Of a stretch of 32,000 nucleotides of DNA, positions 31,122 to 32,000 are shown one piece after another. The stretch lies in assembly GCF_000015145.1 (NCBI RefSeq), contig NC_008818.1, positions 1,320,001-1,352,000 of the forward strand, read 5' to 3'. The stretch is from Hyperthermus butylicus DSM 5456. GTDB taxonomy: Archaea > Thermoproteota > Thermoprotei_A > Sulfolobales > Pyrodictiaceae. The first letter of the stretch is position 1. Every line of letters starts with the position of its first letter. A model generated the notes under the pieces. The model searched no databases, had not been told where the DNA came from, and saw only the letters and a program-made list of their open reading frames with translations. Made by a program: the position numbers and the translations under genes.

Positions 31122-32000
31122 TTGAGCTATGTTACCGTTACCGCTGGTTTCAATGCTTCTGGAGAGAATACAAAACTACTCCTATCCACGGCGTGGCTGT
31201 TTAAGCTGGCAACACATAGAGTTCTCTCCTATGCCAAGTCTATGCCTGTTCTGCCAGCTTCGAAAATTGCTTGGAAGAACACGTTTAGGAGGCTTGCATA
31301 CGAGGTTATCCCCAATCGCAGATACGCTGACTCCGTAGCCGTTCTAGTTATGGGTATCTACGAGTCTTGTAGACGGGTAGGCGTCGACTTCAGAGAGGTT
31401 GGAGCTGGAGAGCTGGCTGATGTTTCAGCAGAGCGAGAAGGAGTATCCGCCGAGAAACATAACCCTAAAGAGTGTGGACGAGGCGTGGGTAACGGTATTC
31501 GATTACAGCCGTGAAGCTAGGAGAATAAGGCTTAGGATATCTACATCGGGTAGCTTTAGGAAGCTCCTAGAGAAGGTACTTAGCGAAACACAACCATACA
31601 ACCCTAGAATAGTGTTGAAGACGTGGAATATTAGAGATGGAACACTCTACGTGAGGGGAGAGCTACAGGTAAGCATACCACTAGACTTCTACTACAAACA
31701 CATGACCAGATATAGGAGAAACGACGGGAAACTCTATGGCGGAGTAGACATTAACATTGATAGGATTAGCCTTGCTATAGTTGACGAGAACGGTAATCTT
31801 AGGGATACCTATACCTTCTGGTTCCGAGAGGTAACAGCTAGAGGCTTTCCGGGGAGAAGAGCTAGGAGCATCATCGGTACGAGGGTGCATGAGATGCTCA
31901 GCTATGCCTATCAACACGGAGTTTAGACTCTATTCCTTGAGAACCCAGATGTGTTAGGCAAACCAAAGCTCCTGTGGATAAGGAACGGCAGGAGACTAGG
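31122..32000 (+). pseudogene. TnpB / IS605 OrfB-like RuvC-domain protein, with frameshift near 31399 and in-frame TAG at 31924-31926; continues past window end
   Basis: Frame 1 MSYVTVTAGFNASGENTKLLLSTAWLFKLATHRVLSYAK...GVDFREV shifts to ELESWLMFQQSEKEYPPRN...KLYGGVDINIDRISLAIVDENGNL (RuvC-I-like)...YAYQHGV*TLFLENPDVLGKPKLLWIRNGRRL (RuvC-II-like Glu). Confidence 0.65.

Overview
This window looks like a hyperthermophilic Desulfurococcales-type archaeon (lineage inferred from gene content and order; no database was searched). Conserved segments are: (i) 1-6341, the ribosomal/secretion block rpl15(end)-secY-adk-EMC3/YidC-like-rpl34e-cmk-rpl14e-cbf5-methyltransferase-tRNA-Ser(UGA); (ii) 6569-15233, metallophosphoesterase, ferritin-like, CPBP protease, UbiA prenyltransferase, ADP-forming acyl-CoA synthetase subunits, NhaC-like antiporter and Lrp/AsnC regulator; (iii) 23607-29712, tRNA-Leu(CAA), TrmI, Zn-ribbon, CcdA-like/thioredoxin-like redox genes, aEF-1beta and a Cdc48/VCP AAA ATPase. 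The segment 15332-23309 is different. It is an accessory island with VapBC-type modules and several interrupted genes: a polytopic GT-C-like membrane protein with one in-frame TGA, a sugar-nucleotidyltransferase with an indel and one in-frame TAG, a DegT-family aminotransferase tail, a vapC with an early TAG, and a large Cys-containing extracellular-type protein split by a one-base shift. The right edge has another VapBC module and a TnpB/IS605 OrfB-like gene carrying one frameshift and one in-frame TAG. No CRISPR array or rRNA was found. The most interesting items are the repeated near-intact genes broken by single in-frame stops or one-base shifts, the split secreted protein, and a compact candidate thiol-redox operon. 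None can be called a new system from sequence alone.
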